Assembly (NCBI GenBank): GCA_951406725.2
Contig: OX597819.1
Span: 88,226,001 to 88,290,000 of the forward strand
Source of the DNA: Octopus vulgaris
Lineage: Eukaryota
Direction: 5' to 3'
Length of the DNA: 64,000 bases
The notes beneath the pieces were generated by a model. It had not been told where the DNA came from, did not search any database, and saw nothing but the letters and a program-made list of their open reading frames with translations. A program made the position numbers and the translations under genes. Shown here piece by piece: positions 13,739 through 25,422 of this stretch. Numbering within the stretch: position 1 is the stretch's first letter; each line of letters begins with the position of its first letter.

Positions 13739-15404
13739 GCAACAGGAAATAGTGTAAATCACATTTTTCTTTCCCCAAAACTTTCCAGTTCCTGTCATGG
13801 CAGTAAAAGACATTTGCCAAGGTATTGCTCAATGGTAAGAAACTCAGAACTTCGAGGTTACAAAGTAGTTTTTCTAACCTCACGGCATGTGTTCATCCCG
13901 CCGCTCTCCTTCACCAATCTAAGATGGCCTCAAAGCTCTTATTATATGTAATATTTTGTATTTGTAAAAGGTTTTGGTTGCTTCTACTGTACACTGTTCC
14001 TTTATGAAATGAATGCTGAGTCATGAGGGTGATTTGTTATAACGAGGGATGATTGTTGTGACTGGTCGTATTGAATGAGACTAGACTGTCAAGTCATCAC
14101 AGCAGGATGTTTTTCAGGCCTTTTGATTATGGAGGGTGTGTATATCCATAAAGAAAATGCTAAATTTGCTTTTGGTGAAAGCTTATGAACAAGACTTCGG
14201 TGTACACAGAAAAGAGTTTGGAATAAAGTGTATTCAAAAGTGTTGATAACAAATATATCTAGAAAGTGTGTGTGTGAGAGAGAGGGAGAGAGAGAGAGAG
14301 AGGTGGATAAAAGAGAGAAAAGAGAGAGAAACAAATAGAATAGAAAAGAGAAATATACCGAAGGAAAGGCGAGAGGGAAGGTTAGGTCCAAAGGAGCTGA
14401 AAGTAAAATGAGGAGGGACTGCTTCAGTAATAAGGCTCTCACGTAATTAACATAATCATGTAATACCTGGTTTTTAATACCCTTTAACGGAGTCCACTCT
14501 GTTGCATGCATTCGAACCAGGTGGTTGTTTTTGCTTGTTTGCCACTAGCCTCTGACTAAAAATCCCTAAAAACAAAAACCTATTTTTAATCCGTTAGAAA
14601 CATCATCAAAATTACCTTCATGTAACACCTTACAGCTGAAAAAAGGGAAGAAAGAAAAAAGATTGAAATATACATAGAATAAAGTTATAGTCTTGTCTGA
14701 AAGAAATACTATGAGAAAGCCATGGTGGGAATGCTTTTAATCATACGTCTACTCGATGAAACCTGACCATGGTTTAGCCAACAGCAATATTTGACTAATT
14801 CTTTACTTAAAACCAAGAAAGCAAGAATGACTTGACAATTTTTTTTTTTTTCCAAATTCACATACAATATTAAAAGAAAATATGGCTGCCTGGCAATGAA
14901 TACATATAACCTGTTTGTTTTATATTTAAGTATATATGAGGTGGTGATTTAACTGCAGTAATAATATATTTTTCAGAAAATGGAATAGGAAATTATTTGT
15001 GTGTGTATGCTTGGTATTAATTATTAGCATTATCCTAAGGGTTCAAATTTGGGGATGGATATAGTCAATAAACTGATTCCTATACTTTTACTTAATTTTT
15101 TTTTATCCTAAAAGCTGTAAGGCAAATTGAATTCGCTTGGGTTTAAAGCGTAAAGAAGCGTAACTAAATACTTCGTGACAATTTGTCGCTAATATTGTAG
15201 CAATGGCCTCGGGCTGAAAATTACGAAAGAAAGTTCCTTGACGAGATCTTTATTGTACTGTTTCAATAATAAAAGATGAAGTCGATCTTGATAGGATTTG
15301 AACTCAGGAGACGCAATGAAGCACTACATAAATATTTTGTCCGCTGTTTTAGTCAAATCTACCATGGGCGTAGACGTGGTTCTGTGGTAAGAGGCTTGCT
15401 TCCA

Positions 15405-16060
15405 GCGCATGCGTCGGTCTATTTGCTGTGTTGATTTTTGACGAGTCGGACGGAGTTTTTTCTGCTGCTTGGCAGCGGTTTGTCAGTGAGTGTCCTCAGC
15501 GGAAGAGGAGCTCGTTAAGGCGGCAAATAGAATGGACGAGCATTTGGAAAGAGTAAAGAGTTTTGCTGAGGCTGTAGAGGTGAAGAAAAGGGAGGTGGAC
15601 CTAGCCGAACGGAAGGAGCTGAGTAAGATGACACAGAAGGTGGGTCGTCACGTAAAGTTATTACCCCCGAAAAGAAGACCATTGAGTACAAGGTGTACTC
15701 AGTGAAGAGTAGGAAGGTGGAGCGGATGGAGATGGAAAAAGGTAGAAAAAGCATTGAAGGGGCTTTCGAAGGAAGTGACGTACATAGCCAAAGGAAATGG
15801 ATATGGGACGGTGGTTGTCCAGTTTAGGACAGCAGAGGAGGCAAAAATGCTGGTGAGTGCAACTGTAAAATCGGTGGAAGTGGTACTTCTACCTACGTAC
15901 CTTGGAAGAAAGACTTCTAAGGTGAAGGTAGAAGGAATTTCACCCGATATAGAAGTGGCTTGGGTTGCGGCAGCCGTCCTCATTGGAAGCGAGGAAGAGG
16001 TGACTGTCCTCCAAGCCACGGAAACGGAGGACGGAGGATGGAGAGGAAAAACACTGGACT
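15405..16060 (+). pseudogene. 5' region / ORF1-like fragment of a non-LTR retrotransposon, frameshifted, embedded in a SINE-B
   Basis: Purine-rich coding-like sequence with ORFs 15490-15705 and 15754-16060 (YIAKGNGYGTVVVQFRTAEEAK...LLPTYLGRKTSKVKVEGISPDI), which reads like an RRM-type LINE ORF1. SINE-B head at 15366-15403; SINE-B 3' half resumes after about 16060. Confidence 0.6.
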
Positions 16061-16062
16061 TG

Positions 16063-16093
<31 letters not shown>

Positions 16094-16760
16094 CCTTGTG
16101 TCTGTGTTCGTCTCTTAGTACCACTTGACAACCGGTGTTGTGTGTTCACGTCTCCCTAATTTAGCGGTTCGGCAAACAGAGGATAAGTACTGGGGTAGAT
16201 TAATTCGACAAAAAATTTTTCAAGGTACTGCTCCAGTATGGCCTCAATCATAAAAAAAGAAGATTCCCTTATTTGTGTGTTATGTTAATGCTAACTCCTA
16301 GCATAATGCAAGAGTCAGTATGCGCAGAAGGATTAATTGACTATTAAATCAATCCTGTTGTTTCTTTGGTATTTATGTTAGCAAACCTCCCGGAGGGCTG
16401 AAAGATAAAATCGATTCCAGCAGAATTTGAACTGAGGAAAACTTAACGAAATACCACATGACATTTTTGTTCGCTGCATGAACGATTCCACGAATCAACT
16501 GGCCTTTGCGAGAAATGTTTAAATGTTGATTTTTGAAACCTAAGTACAAGGACATACATCTATAGGCAGGTGGGAACAGTTAATTAAGTCTACCCAGTTC
16601 TTCCCTGCTGCTTTTTGGCATCCGAGAAAAATGAACAGTCGACCTCCACGGGATCTGAACTCAGAACATTTTTGTTCATCAGTCTAACGATTCTCCCAAC
16701 ATACTTCCATTTGTATGTAATGTTTAAAATATTGATTTCAGAACATTTTTTTTCAGTATT

Positions 16761-16795
<35 letters not shown>

Positions 16796-16808
16796 CTGTA
16801 GAAATAAT

Positions 16809-17012
16809 CCTTTCTACTAAAGGCACAAGGCCTGAAATCTTGGGGTAGGGGTAGTCGATTATATCGATCCCAGTGTTTCACTGGCACTTAATTTATCGAC
16901 CTCGAAAGGATGAAAGTCAAGTCGACCTTGGCGGAATTTAAATTTTCCACGAAAAGACGGACGAAATGCTGCTAAGCGTTTTCCTCGGCGTGCTAACGAT
17001 TCTGCTAATCTC
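16809..17012 (-). mobile_element. SINE family A copy
   Basis: Reverse complement of the SINE-A consensus. Confidence 0.85.
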
Positions 17013-17162
17013 CCAACAAGCATGTAAATATTAGGGTAAAAAACCGTTTCGGATAGAAAATGTCGAAGGCTTCTCGTGGGACTGGAACTCACATCTCTTG
17101 TAGACATCTTCGTGCTTCGAGATATTTCCCAAAAAGAATATATCGAGAGTTTACAAATTCTT

Positions 17163-17214
<52 letters not shown>

Positions 17215-17689
17215 TATTGGTTTAATCGACCATACGACTGACTATTCAGTAATCTCAGTTGAATATCAGAATGAGTTGAAAATTTTGATCGACTAAGATA
17301 ACAAAAGAAATTTATAAACAAATTGCCCCTCTAGGGAGTGTATAAAAGTTAAAAATCAACAAGCAAGCGAGAAAACTCTACTAAGATCAGTTGATCGAAA
17401 TTTGTTGGAAACAGACAATGCAAATCAGAGTGGATTTTGTCTTAAAGCCGCACTGAACGTTTTTTCTTAAACTCTACACTTTATGAGCTGGCTTTATTTA
17501 TAATTCCGAACTTAAAACGTTGTACATTGAACCTTTTGAGAACGACAATATTTCATGCTTCTTCCTCTCCTCTTCTCATTCCTGACAATTTGGGGGCGGA
17601 GATGGTAGGATTGTAAATAAATGCTCAAGATGTCATTCTGTTTGATATACGATTGGTAAACAGAAAGAAAGGAATGTAAGACAGAACAG

Positions 17690-18258
17690 AAACAAAGGGC
17701 AATGTACTAGAAGTTAATGTAGGACTGCTACAGAATTGCGTGGGTGACTAGATGCATGCCAGTAAAGGCGGGCAGTCAAGAGTTTGTAGGTCGTTCCCTC
17801 TGTAGGTCTTTGGAACACAAGGCATTACGAGGGTGAACAGGACAGCAGCGTAGCTAGGAGGGAGGTAAGTTGCACCTTCTGCGTTGGGCGACGCTTCTAT
17901 GGAAGCAGCGCATTTGGATCTGCTGTATAAGCCTGTATAGTCTCATACAGCAGATTCCACTTTATAAGCCTGTTTAAGCGTAAAGAGAGCGGAAGCAAAC
18001 ACACGGGCTGTCCAAGACGGCATATACTCTAGCTACGCACACCAACGTAGCTAGAGTGTGTACCGCCCGAGACAGCCCTTCCGTTTGCCGCCCCTGGACC
18101 CCACAAAAGCACATGTTGCCTACAGCAGACCCCAAAAAGCCGCCGCTATCCGCCCCCATCCCAGCTACGCTAGTGGCTACGCAGGAGTCATTAAGAACAA
18201 CGTGGAGACACCAGAGAATGCATCTAGATGGCTCTGGCTAAAATGGGTTGACCGATAG
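17690..18258 (+). pseudogene. Decayed C-terminal restriction-like endonuclease region of a HERO-type non-LTR retrotransposon, split by an insertion
   Basis: Manual translation KQRAMY*KLM*DCYRIAWVTRCMPVKAGSQEFVGRSLCRSL (about 17690-17815) and VIKNNVETPENASRWLWLKW (18187-18246). Both fit the RLE C-terminal pattern RKRAKYxELxxxC...W...PVEVGCRGF...ASRWLW recalled for HERO-like elements. Confidence 0.7.
17843..18175. mobile_element. MITE-like insertion with imperfect TIRs and internal hairpins
   Basis: Left end CAGCAGCGTAGCTAGG; reverse complement of right end CACTAGCGTAGCTGGG. Interrupts the HERO-like frame. No clear TSD. Confidence 0.65.
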
Positions 18259-18301
18259 AGTCAGTAGAATATGACTATCACATGTATTCAAGCCGAGACC
18301 T

Positions 18302-18466
18302 GTGATTATATTGACCCCAGTGCATAACTGTTACTTATTTAATCGACCCCGAAAGGATGAAAGGCAAAGTCGACCTCGGCGGAATTTGAACTCAGAACGT
18401 AGCGGCAGACGAAATACTGCTAAGCATTTCGCCCGGCGTGCTAACGATTCTGTCAGCTCGCCGCCT
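18302..18466 (-). mobile_element. SINE family A copy
   Basis: Near-consensus reverse-complement copy. Confidence 0.9.
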
Positions 18467-18805
18467 TCTACTGAAAGTCAGAATGAGGAATTGGTACAAT
18501 AAAAATATCTAGTGTAATTCATTTATTCGTTAATTCTAAGAATTACTGTTTCGTCTTTATGTTCAAGACAGGGCTGTTTTCATGGGAAGAGGGTCGGGCC
18601 ATCGCTGTAATTTGATTTTTTTTAGCTAGCACATTAACTTTCATTAAGCAAGATCTTTCATTAGAGGCATTCCGCTAGTGATCATTCCACCCTCACTTAC
18701 TAGCTTTTTTTCAGAGGCAGTGTATTTATGACATTATTTAATGTGTCCCTGCTGTTTCTAGCAAATCTCCCCGACTCGATAACTTGACCATCTCTTGTTG
18801 GTTGT

Positions 18806-18812
18806 ACATACA

Positions 18813-18845
<33 letters not shown>

Positions 18846-18866
18846 GTATACACATCTATCTATCTA

Positions 18867-18920
<54 letters not shown>

Positions 18921-19065
18921 TACATACCCATACATGCATACTTGCTTAATACATACATATACACATACATACATACATACATACATACATACATACATAC
19001 ATACATACATACATACATACATACATACATACATACATACATACATACATACATACATACATACA

Positions 19066-19096
<31 letters not shown>

Positions 19097-19110
19097 TTGT
19101 GTGTGTGTGT
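18806..19110. repeat. (TACA)n/(TA)n compound microsatellite
   Basis: Directly visible. Confidence 0.97.
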
Positions 19111-19874
19111 ATCTGCAATTTTTACACTTTGAACTGTTGCGAGACAGTTTTATGTCTGGACAGGACGCCAGTTTACGTACAAAATTTGCCCATAAGAAGA
19201 ATTTAACCTAGTCCTACAAACTAAAAAACAAAAAAAAAATAGATAATTAAAAATAAAAAGAAACAAAAACGAGACAAAAATAACACCACAACAATAAATA
19301 CACCCAATAACTTAAAGCACTCCACCCGCCCATGTTGTGCCTTTTTACAAATGGATGATTCGATAATTAAATGGTTTTTCTGATAAACACAGCACAGCCA
19401 GATAATGAAAGGAATGAGTCAGCCTTCAGAACTGTATAATAAAATTAAATCATGTCGTGACATCTGGCCCGTCCTCTGATTTAAACTGTCTAATTCATAA
19501 CCACCAAAAATAAAATTTATTAATCATGAGGTTCTCCTCTTACATTTACCAGTTGGTGTTCGATTACTATAGGAACTACGCTTCTTTCTCTTTTCTTTTC
19601 TTTTTTTTTTCTATTTATGAAACATAAATAGTATGTATGGCGACTGTTGTGTTACAGATGTAGACGTGGAAGAGGTTTCTTGTAGAGTGAGTGATAGAAA
19701 AGAGTAGGGGTGGGGTGGGGTGGGATGTATGGGGGGGGGGGGGAAATTATCTTCTCGGAATCTTTATATTTTCTTATATTTACTTGTTTCAATCATTTGA
19801 TTGCGGCCATACTGGAGCAAATGCCTAGACGGGTTCTAGTCGAATAAACACACATAAACACGCATACATGATAT

Positions 19875-20170
19875 ACAACGGACTTCCACACAGTTTCCAT
19901 CAATGAGACTCAATGCACTAGTCGGTTCGGGGCTATAGTAAAAGATATTTGCCAATATGCGGCGGACTGGGATTGAACCCGAAACTACATGGTTGCAAAG
20001 CGATCTCCGTAATCATACTGCCACAACGGACTTCCACACAGTTTCCGTCTACGAGACTCAATGCACTAGTCAGTCCGGGGCTATAGTAAAAGACATTTGC
20101 CAATATGCGGCAGACGGGGATTGAACCCGAAACTACATGGTTGCAAAACGATCTTCGTAATCATACTGCC
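19875..20170 (-). repeat. 148-bp tandem duplication of a degenerate SINE-B head
   Basis: ACAACGGACTTCCACACAGTTTCC starts at 19875 and again at 20023; the two units differ at only a few positions. Confidence 0.9.
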
Positions 20171-20190
20171 ATGCCTGAGTGTATAAATAA

Positions 20191-20380
20191 CTCTTGTTTC
20201 AGTCATTTGACTGTGGCCATGCTGGAGCACCGCATTTAGTCGAGCAAATCGACCCCAGGACTTATTCTTTATAAGCCTAGTACTTATTCTATCGGTCTCT
20301 TTTGCCTAACCGCTAAATAACGGGGACGTAAACACACCAGTATCGGTTGTCAAGCGATGTTGGGGAGGGGGAAAACACAG

Positions 20381-20417
<37 letters not shown>

Positions 20418-20583
20418 CATACATATATACGGCGGGCTTCTTTCAGTTTCCGTCTACCAAATCCACTCACAAGGCTTTGGTTGGCCCGAGGCTATAGTAG
20501 AAGACACTTGCCCAAGGTGCCACGCAGTGGGACTGAACCCGGAACCATGTGGTTCGTAAGCAAGCTACATACCACACAGCCAC
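20191..20583 (-). mobile_element. SINE family B copy
   Basis: Near-consensus reverse-complement copy. Confidence 0.92.
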
Positions 20584-20889
20584 ATGTTTTAAAAAAAGAA
20601 GAATTTGAATTCTCGTTAGTTGATGGTTGAGAAGGAAATATATATAAGGAGACATTTTCTCACGCAACCACACAGATTTTCCCCCTCCGCTCCCACATAC
20701 AAAATAAAGCTTTAATGGAAGCATTAAGGAAAGTACTAAGGTACAGTATGAGAACTTGAGAGACAAGAATCTATTGTTACAACGATGAAATGAGAAGTGA
20801 ATTCAAACGCTGATCGTAGGAGGATTATGTACATAGTCATCGTGTCCAGAAATAGAAACGATGAAATCATTATAATATTCTGATATTAA

Positions 20890-21655
20890 GGTGGTAAGCT
20901 TGGCAGAAACGTTAACACACTGGGCGAAATGCTTAGCGGTATTTCGTCTGCCGTTACATTCTGAGTTCAAATTCCGCCGAGGTCGACTTTGCCTTTTATC
21001 CTTTCGGGGTCGATAAATTAAGTACCAGTTACGAACTGGAGTCGATATAATCGACTTAATCCGTGTGTCTGTCCTTGTTTGTCCTCTCTGTGTTTAGCTC
21101 CTTGTGGGTAGTAAAGAAATAGAAATAGGTATTTCGTCTGCCGTTACGTTCTGAGTTCAAATTCTACAGAGGTCGACTTTGCCTTTCATCCTTTCGGGGT
21201 CGATTATGTAAGTACCAGTTACGCACTGGGGTCGATATATTCGACTTAATCCGTTTGTCCTCTCTGTGTCTAGCCCCTTGTGGATAGAAAAGAAATAGAA
21301 ATAGGTATTTCGTCTGCCGTTACAATCTGAGTTCAAATTCTACAGAGGTCGACTTTGCCTTTCATCCTTTCGGGGTCGATTAAGTAAGTACCAGTTACGC
21401 ACTGGGGTCGATATATTCGACTTAATCCGTTTGTCTGTCCTTGTTTGTCCTCTCTGTGTTTAGCCCCTTATGGGTAGTAAAGAAATAGGTATTTCGTCTG
21501 CCGTTACGTTCTGAGTTCAAATTCCGCTGAGGTCGACTTTCCCTTTCATCTTTTCGGGGTCGATGAATTAAGTACCAGTTGCGTACTGGGGTCGATCTAA
21601 TCGACTCCCCCCTCCCCCAAAATTTTGGGCCTTGTACCTAGAGTAGAAAAGAATC
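20890..21655 (+). mobile_element. Head-to-tail tandem array of SINE-A: one headed unit plus three head-truncated units
   Basis: GGTATTTCGTCTGCCGTTAC restarts at 20938, 21128, 21304 and 21488. Confidence 0.92.
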
Positions 21656-22045
21656 GTTAGCATGCCGGACAAAATGCTGAGCAGCATTTTGTCTGTTTTT
21701 ACATTTTGAGTTCTAATTCCACCGCGGTCGAATTTGCCTTTCATCCTTTTGGGGGTCGACAAAATTGTTTTACCGCCGCCCCCGAAATTGCTGGTCTTGT
21801 ACCCAAATTTAAAATCATTATATTATATATATATTTGACAATTTGGCGCAAGGACAGCAAATTCGGGGGAAGGGGTAAGTCGATCACATTGGCCCCAGTA
21901 ATCAACAAGTACTCTTTTTATCTACCTCGAAAGGATGGAAGGCAAAGGCGACCTCGGCGGAATTCGAACTTAGAACATGAAGACGGACGAAACGCCGCTA
22001 AGTATTTTGATCTTTGTGCTACCGATTCTGCCAGCCTGCCATCTT
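21650..22045. mobile_element. Two further SINE-A copies, tail to tail (+ about 21650-21815; - about 21840-22045)
   Basis: Central SINE-A domain present on both strands. Confidence 0.75.
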
Positions 22046-22356
22046 AAAGAAAAGCACAAAACTCAACTAAAAGTCTGAAAACAAGCATGGAAGTCTGTGA
22101 CAAACTTATGAAAATGCTTTGGATAGGCAATGAGTTAATAGGCGACACCAACTTCGCTCAAAGGGCCCGCAGTGATTTTTCTGAGACATTTTTGAGTTTG
22201 TAGTTCGTCCTATGTGTCATTAAACACGGCATACTGTAAATAACAGTTGTAGAGTTATCAAATCATGTTTTTAATTTTTTAAATTCAATCTAAAGAGTAG
22301 AGTAGAATAGAACCTATAATCCTTCCATGCCCTTCTCCTCTGATAATTCTTCCGTT

Positions 22357-22410
22357 TGAGATATGAACCATAACTCTCAGAAAAATCTGAGAGCTATGGT
22401 TCATGTCTCA
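22357..22410. repeat. Inverted repeat with 25-bp arms and a 4-nt spacer
   Basis: TGAGATATGAACCATAACTCTCAGA-AAAA-TCTGAGAGCTATGGTTCATGTCTCA; 2 differences between arms. Confidence 0.9.
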
Positions 22411-23423
22411 GCCAGGTCTCACTACAAAACGAAAGAAAGTAGACACATGTGCTGGACTGGTACTTTATTTACCCGCCCCCCACTAAAGTGAGATGTAAAT
22501 TTGACCATGGCACCCAGAGCAGTGGAACGAATGATGCAGAGTTATTTATCCGACGCTGTAGCAACTCTGCTAATTCGATGTCAAAGATAGTCATGGGTAG
22601 GCCACTATAATATATTTAAACATTCCATATAATTCTGTAGGCATTTTTTCTGTTTCTCAACTTCCGCTCTCTATTCCATACAACAATGCTAAGTCTAAAT
22701 ACACTAGATCAGCCTTGTTAATCTAAATCGATTAAACGGATCCTCGTATTTGTCTGGTATTCTAAGGATGAGAGGCAGAGTTTATTTCTGCGGGATTTGA
22801 GCATAGAAGTGTGAACTATTAGCAAAATCTTAGTAAAGGTATGTGTGAAATGTTGACAAACCAGTTGCTTTCCGTTTCTATAAAGCTTTGAATCTAGCGA
22901 TTTGATTTGAAGACCATGTGATATATTTCACACAGTTATGATAACAATGTATTTTTGTGTACAGTGCATGAAATATGATAAATTTAATTGAAGACGAAAT
23001 AGAAAACTTTATGCGAGAATTTCAACTATTTTCAGATTTCAGAGGGAAATAACACAGACGGTGTGAAATAGCCATAGAAGTCTTTGAAAGTAACCCCACG
23101 TGGTTTGAAATATTTAAGTGTTAAGTGAAAGTCCTGCTCGTATCATTAAATTTATTTCTCGTGATACATTAAAAAGATCGCATTCTAAACATTTCTCTAT
23201 ATGAAGGGTCTTAATGCCAGTGTGCATGATATAATGTCTTCTTAAAGAAAGGGTTTGAATATCATTCAACATATTTTAAATGATTTCTAAAAGTGGAACG
23301 TTAAGATTTAAGTGAATATTACTTTCATGTCAAAAGCTCTATTTTCAAAAAAACGTTCATACATTAAGATATTATGAAAACATATAGCTCGTTTATTTTG
23401 GTAATATTTATGAAACAGTAATG

Positions 23424-23810
23424 CGGCGAGCTGGCAGAAACTTAGCACGCTGGGCGAAATGCTTAACAGTATTTCACTGTCTTTACGTTCTGAGTTCAAA
23501 TTCCGCTGAGGTCGACTTTGCCTTTCATCCTTTCGGGATCGATTAAATAAGTACCAGTTACGCACTGGAGTAGATATAATCAACTTAATCCGTTTGTCTG
23601 TCCTTGTTTGTCCCCTCTAGCTCCTTGTGGGTAGTAAAGAAGTAGGTATTTTGTCTGTCTTTACGTTCTGAGTTCAAATTCCGCCGAAGTCGACTTTGCC
23701 TTTCATCCTTTCGGGGTCGATTAATTAAGTACCAGTTACGCACTGGGGTCGATGTAATCGACTTAATTCCTTTGTCTGTCTTTGTTTGTCCCCTCTGTGT
23801 TTAGCCCCCT
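23424..23810 (+). mobile_element. Dimeric SINE-A (headed unit plus head-truncated unit)
   Basis: Second unit restarts at GTAGGTATTTTGTCTGTC near 23642. Confidence 0.88.
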
Positions 23811-24022
23811 GGGGTACTTATGTGTACTCATGACTCTTGCTTTTGCTTTTTTCCATGGGTGCAAGTAAGTATTTCATTTATTTCTTAGCGTATTTTCCAC
23901 TGAAGAGGGAAAAATCCATACGATTAATCTCGAAATTAATTCAATATAGAAATGACGAACTCTATCCTATATTAGCAGTAATTGTAGTAGTAGTAGTAGT
24001 ATATATATATGTATATATATAT

Positions 24023-24698
24023 ATAGTGTAATAAATAAAATATATGCATACATACAAACATATATGTATGTACCGACATCTACATGTATATATATACATG
24101 AATATATAAATATATATATATACGTACAGGACATCACAGGAAGACGAAAAAATCAACAGAACGAAAACGGAAAAGACATTTTGTTACAACAGAAGGACAG
24201 AGACGTGGAACAAGACGAAACGAAAACGAAAACGGGAAAAACAATTATGTGCAACAGAAAAACGAAGTACAGGACATGCTACACAAGGAAAAATCCCCTT
24301 CATTAGGTGTCGCTAGCAGACACGTGTTTCGAAGGCAGAGACAGAACACGTAAGGTCAAGCTAAGCCTTCCTACGAGAGAATTAAAATAAAATAAACTCG
24401 TAGAGGGGTAAACGAGCAAGAAAAAATGTAACACAAAAAGGGACGTAACAAAGAACTGCACAAAAAATACATACAAGAAAAAAATAATACAAAATTAAAG
24501 ATACAAGTACAAGAAAATACATAACGAGAATTAAATTACAATACGAGAAATCAAAAATAAACAAGAGAACAAACGAAAAAGACGAACGAAGGCCGTTGTC
24601 CTGGCTGGGACGAGAAGGTAACTGGCGAGCGCGAGGAAACATGACCTTAGGGCCTGAATGCAACAGGCGGAAAGGTTTAGCAGTGACGAAAGTGAGGA

Positions 24699-24746
<48 letters not shown>

Positions 24747-24995
24747 TTAGAGGAAGACACAGGCTAGAGAGAAGGGAGAGGTAGAGAGAGCAAGAGAGAG
24801 AGAGAGAGAGGGGAAGGTAAAGCAAAGGTAGAGAGTTTCGCATCATTGTAGTAAACTGTAAAAACGGACAAGGAGGAAAGAGACGGAACGAAGTGAGAAT
24901 TCGAAAAATCGAAAATTCAAACGAACCCGACGCGAAGCGCTGTCAGACAATAGTGTAATAAATAAAATATATGCATACATACAAACATATATGTA
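24023..24995 (-). mobile_element. Penelope-like pseudo-LTR region bounded by identical 46-bp direct repeats
   Basis: ATAGTGTAATAAATAAAATATATGCATACATACAAACATATATGTA at 24023-24068 and 24950-24995; lies directly downstream (minus strand) of a GIY-YIG fragment; abuts (TA)n. Confidence 0.7.
24297..24335 (-). ncRNA. Circularly permuted hammerhead-like motif (degenerate)
   Basis: Minus strand CCTTC-GAAA-CAC-GTGTC(TGCTAGC)GACAC-CTAATGA-AGG: GAAA precedes a closed 5-bp stem and a CUGAUGA-like box with one substitution. Confidence 0.35.
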
Positions 24996-25110
24996 CGTAT
25001 ACGTCTACATAACAGCCGACTAACAAGTCTACCTGTGCATGTATAAGATGTGGGTATTGGAATATCACTACCTTCTGTGTATATCTCCTATTTAGTACTG
25101 GGTGTTTCAT

Positions 25111-25422
25111 TTATGGGGACGTACTCCTGTTTTTGTCTGAGTCTTGGGTCCTTCGCGTTCTTGGATAAAATGCGAATGCCAAGTCGACCCAGTGTGCTTC
25201 CATGTTGGTCTTTGGCATGTTGCTAGAATATGAAGACTGTTTTTTGTCGTCATATTGTTTCAAATGTGCATTTAGTCTCTCTACAATGCTTCTAGATGTC
25301 TCACCAATGTATGTCCTATTCTTGTCTTTACAAGCACTCTCTATACGCCTTATGTTGCAGACTACATTTCTAGTTCTACAGTTAATGACAGCGTTAATCT
25401 TACATACCAAATGCACGTACAT
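25111..25422 (-). pseudogene. GIY-YIG endonuclease fragment of a Penelope-like element
   Basis: CRTRNVVCNI...C...TYIGETSRSIVERLNAH matches the PLE GIY-YIG pattern NVVY..C....YIGET.R.L..R..EH; frameshifted downstream. Confidence 0.88.

Noticed and set aside
13904-14007. CCAAT plus AAGATGGC motif and short hydrophobic ORF MASKLLLYVIF...
   Set aside because: 27 codons, no splice donor or homology; insufficient support.
18302-18502. Recurring peptide YLFNRPRKDERQSRPRRNLNSE in many ORFs
   Set aside because: Antisense translation of the SINE-A central domain, not a protein family.
20890-21655. Regularly spaced repeats resembling a CRISPR array
   Set aside because: Whole ~180-bp units repeat with no unique spacers; eukaryotic SINE context; no cas genes.
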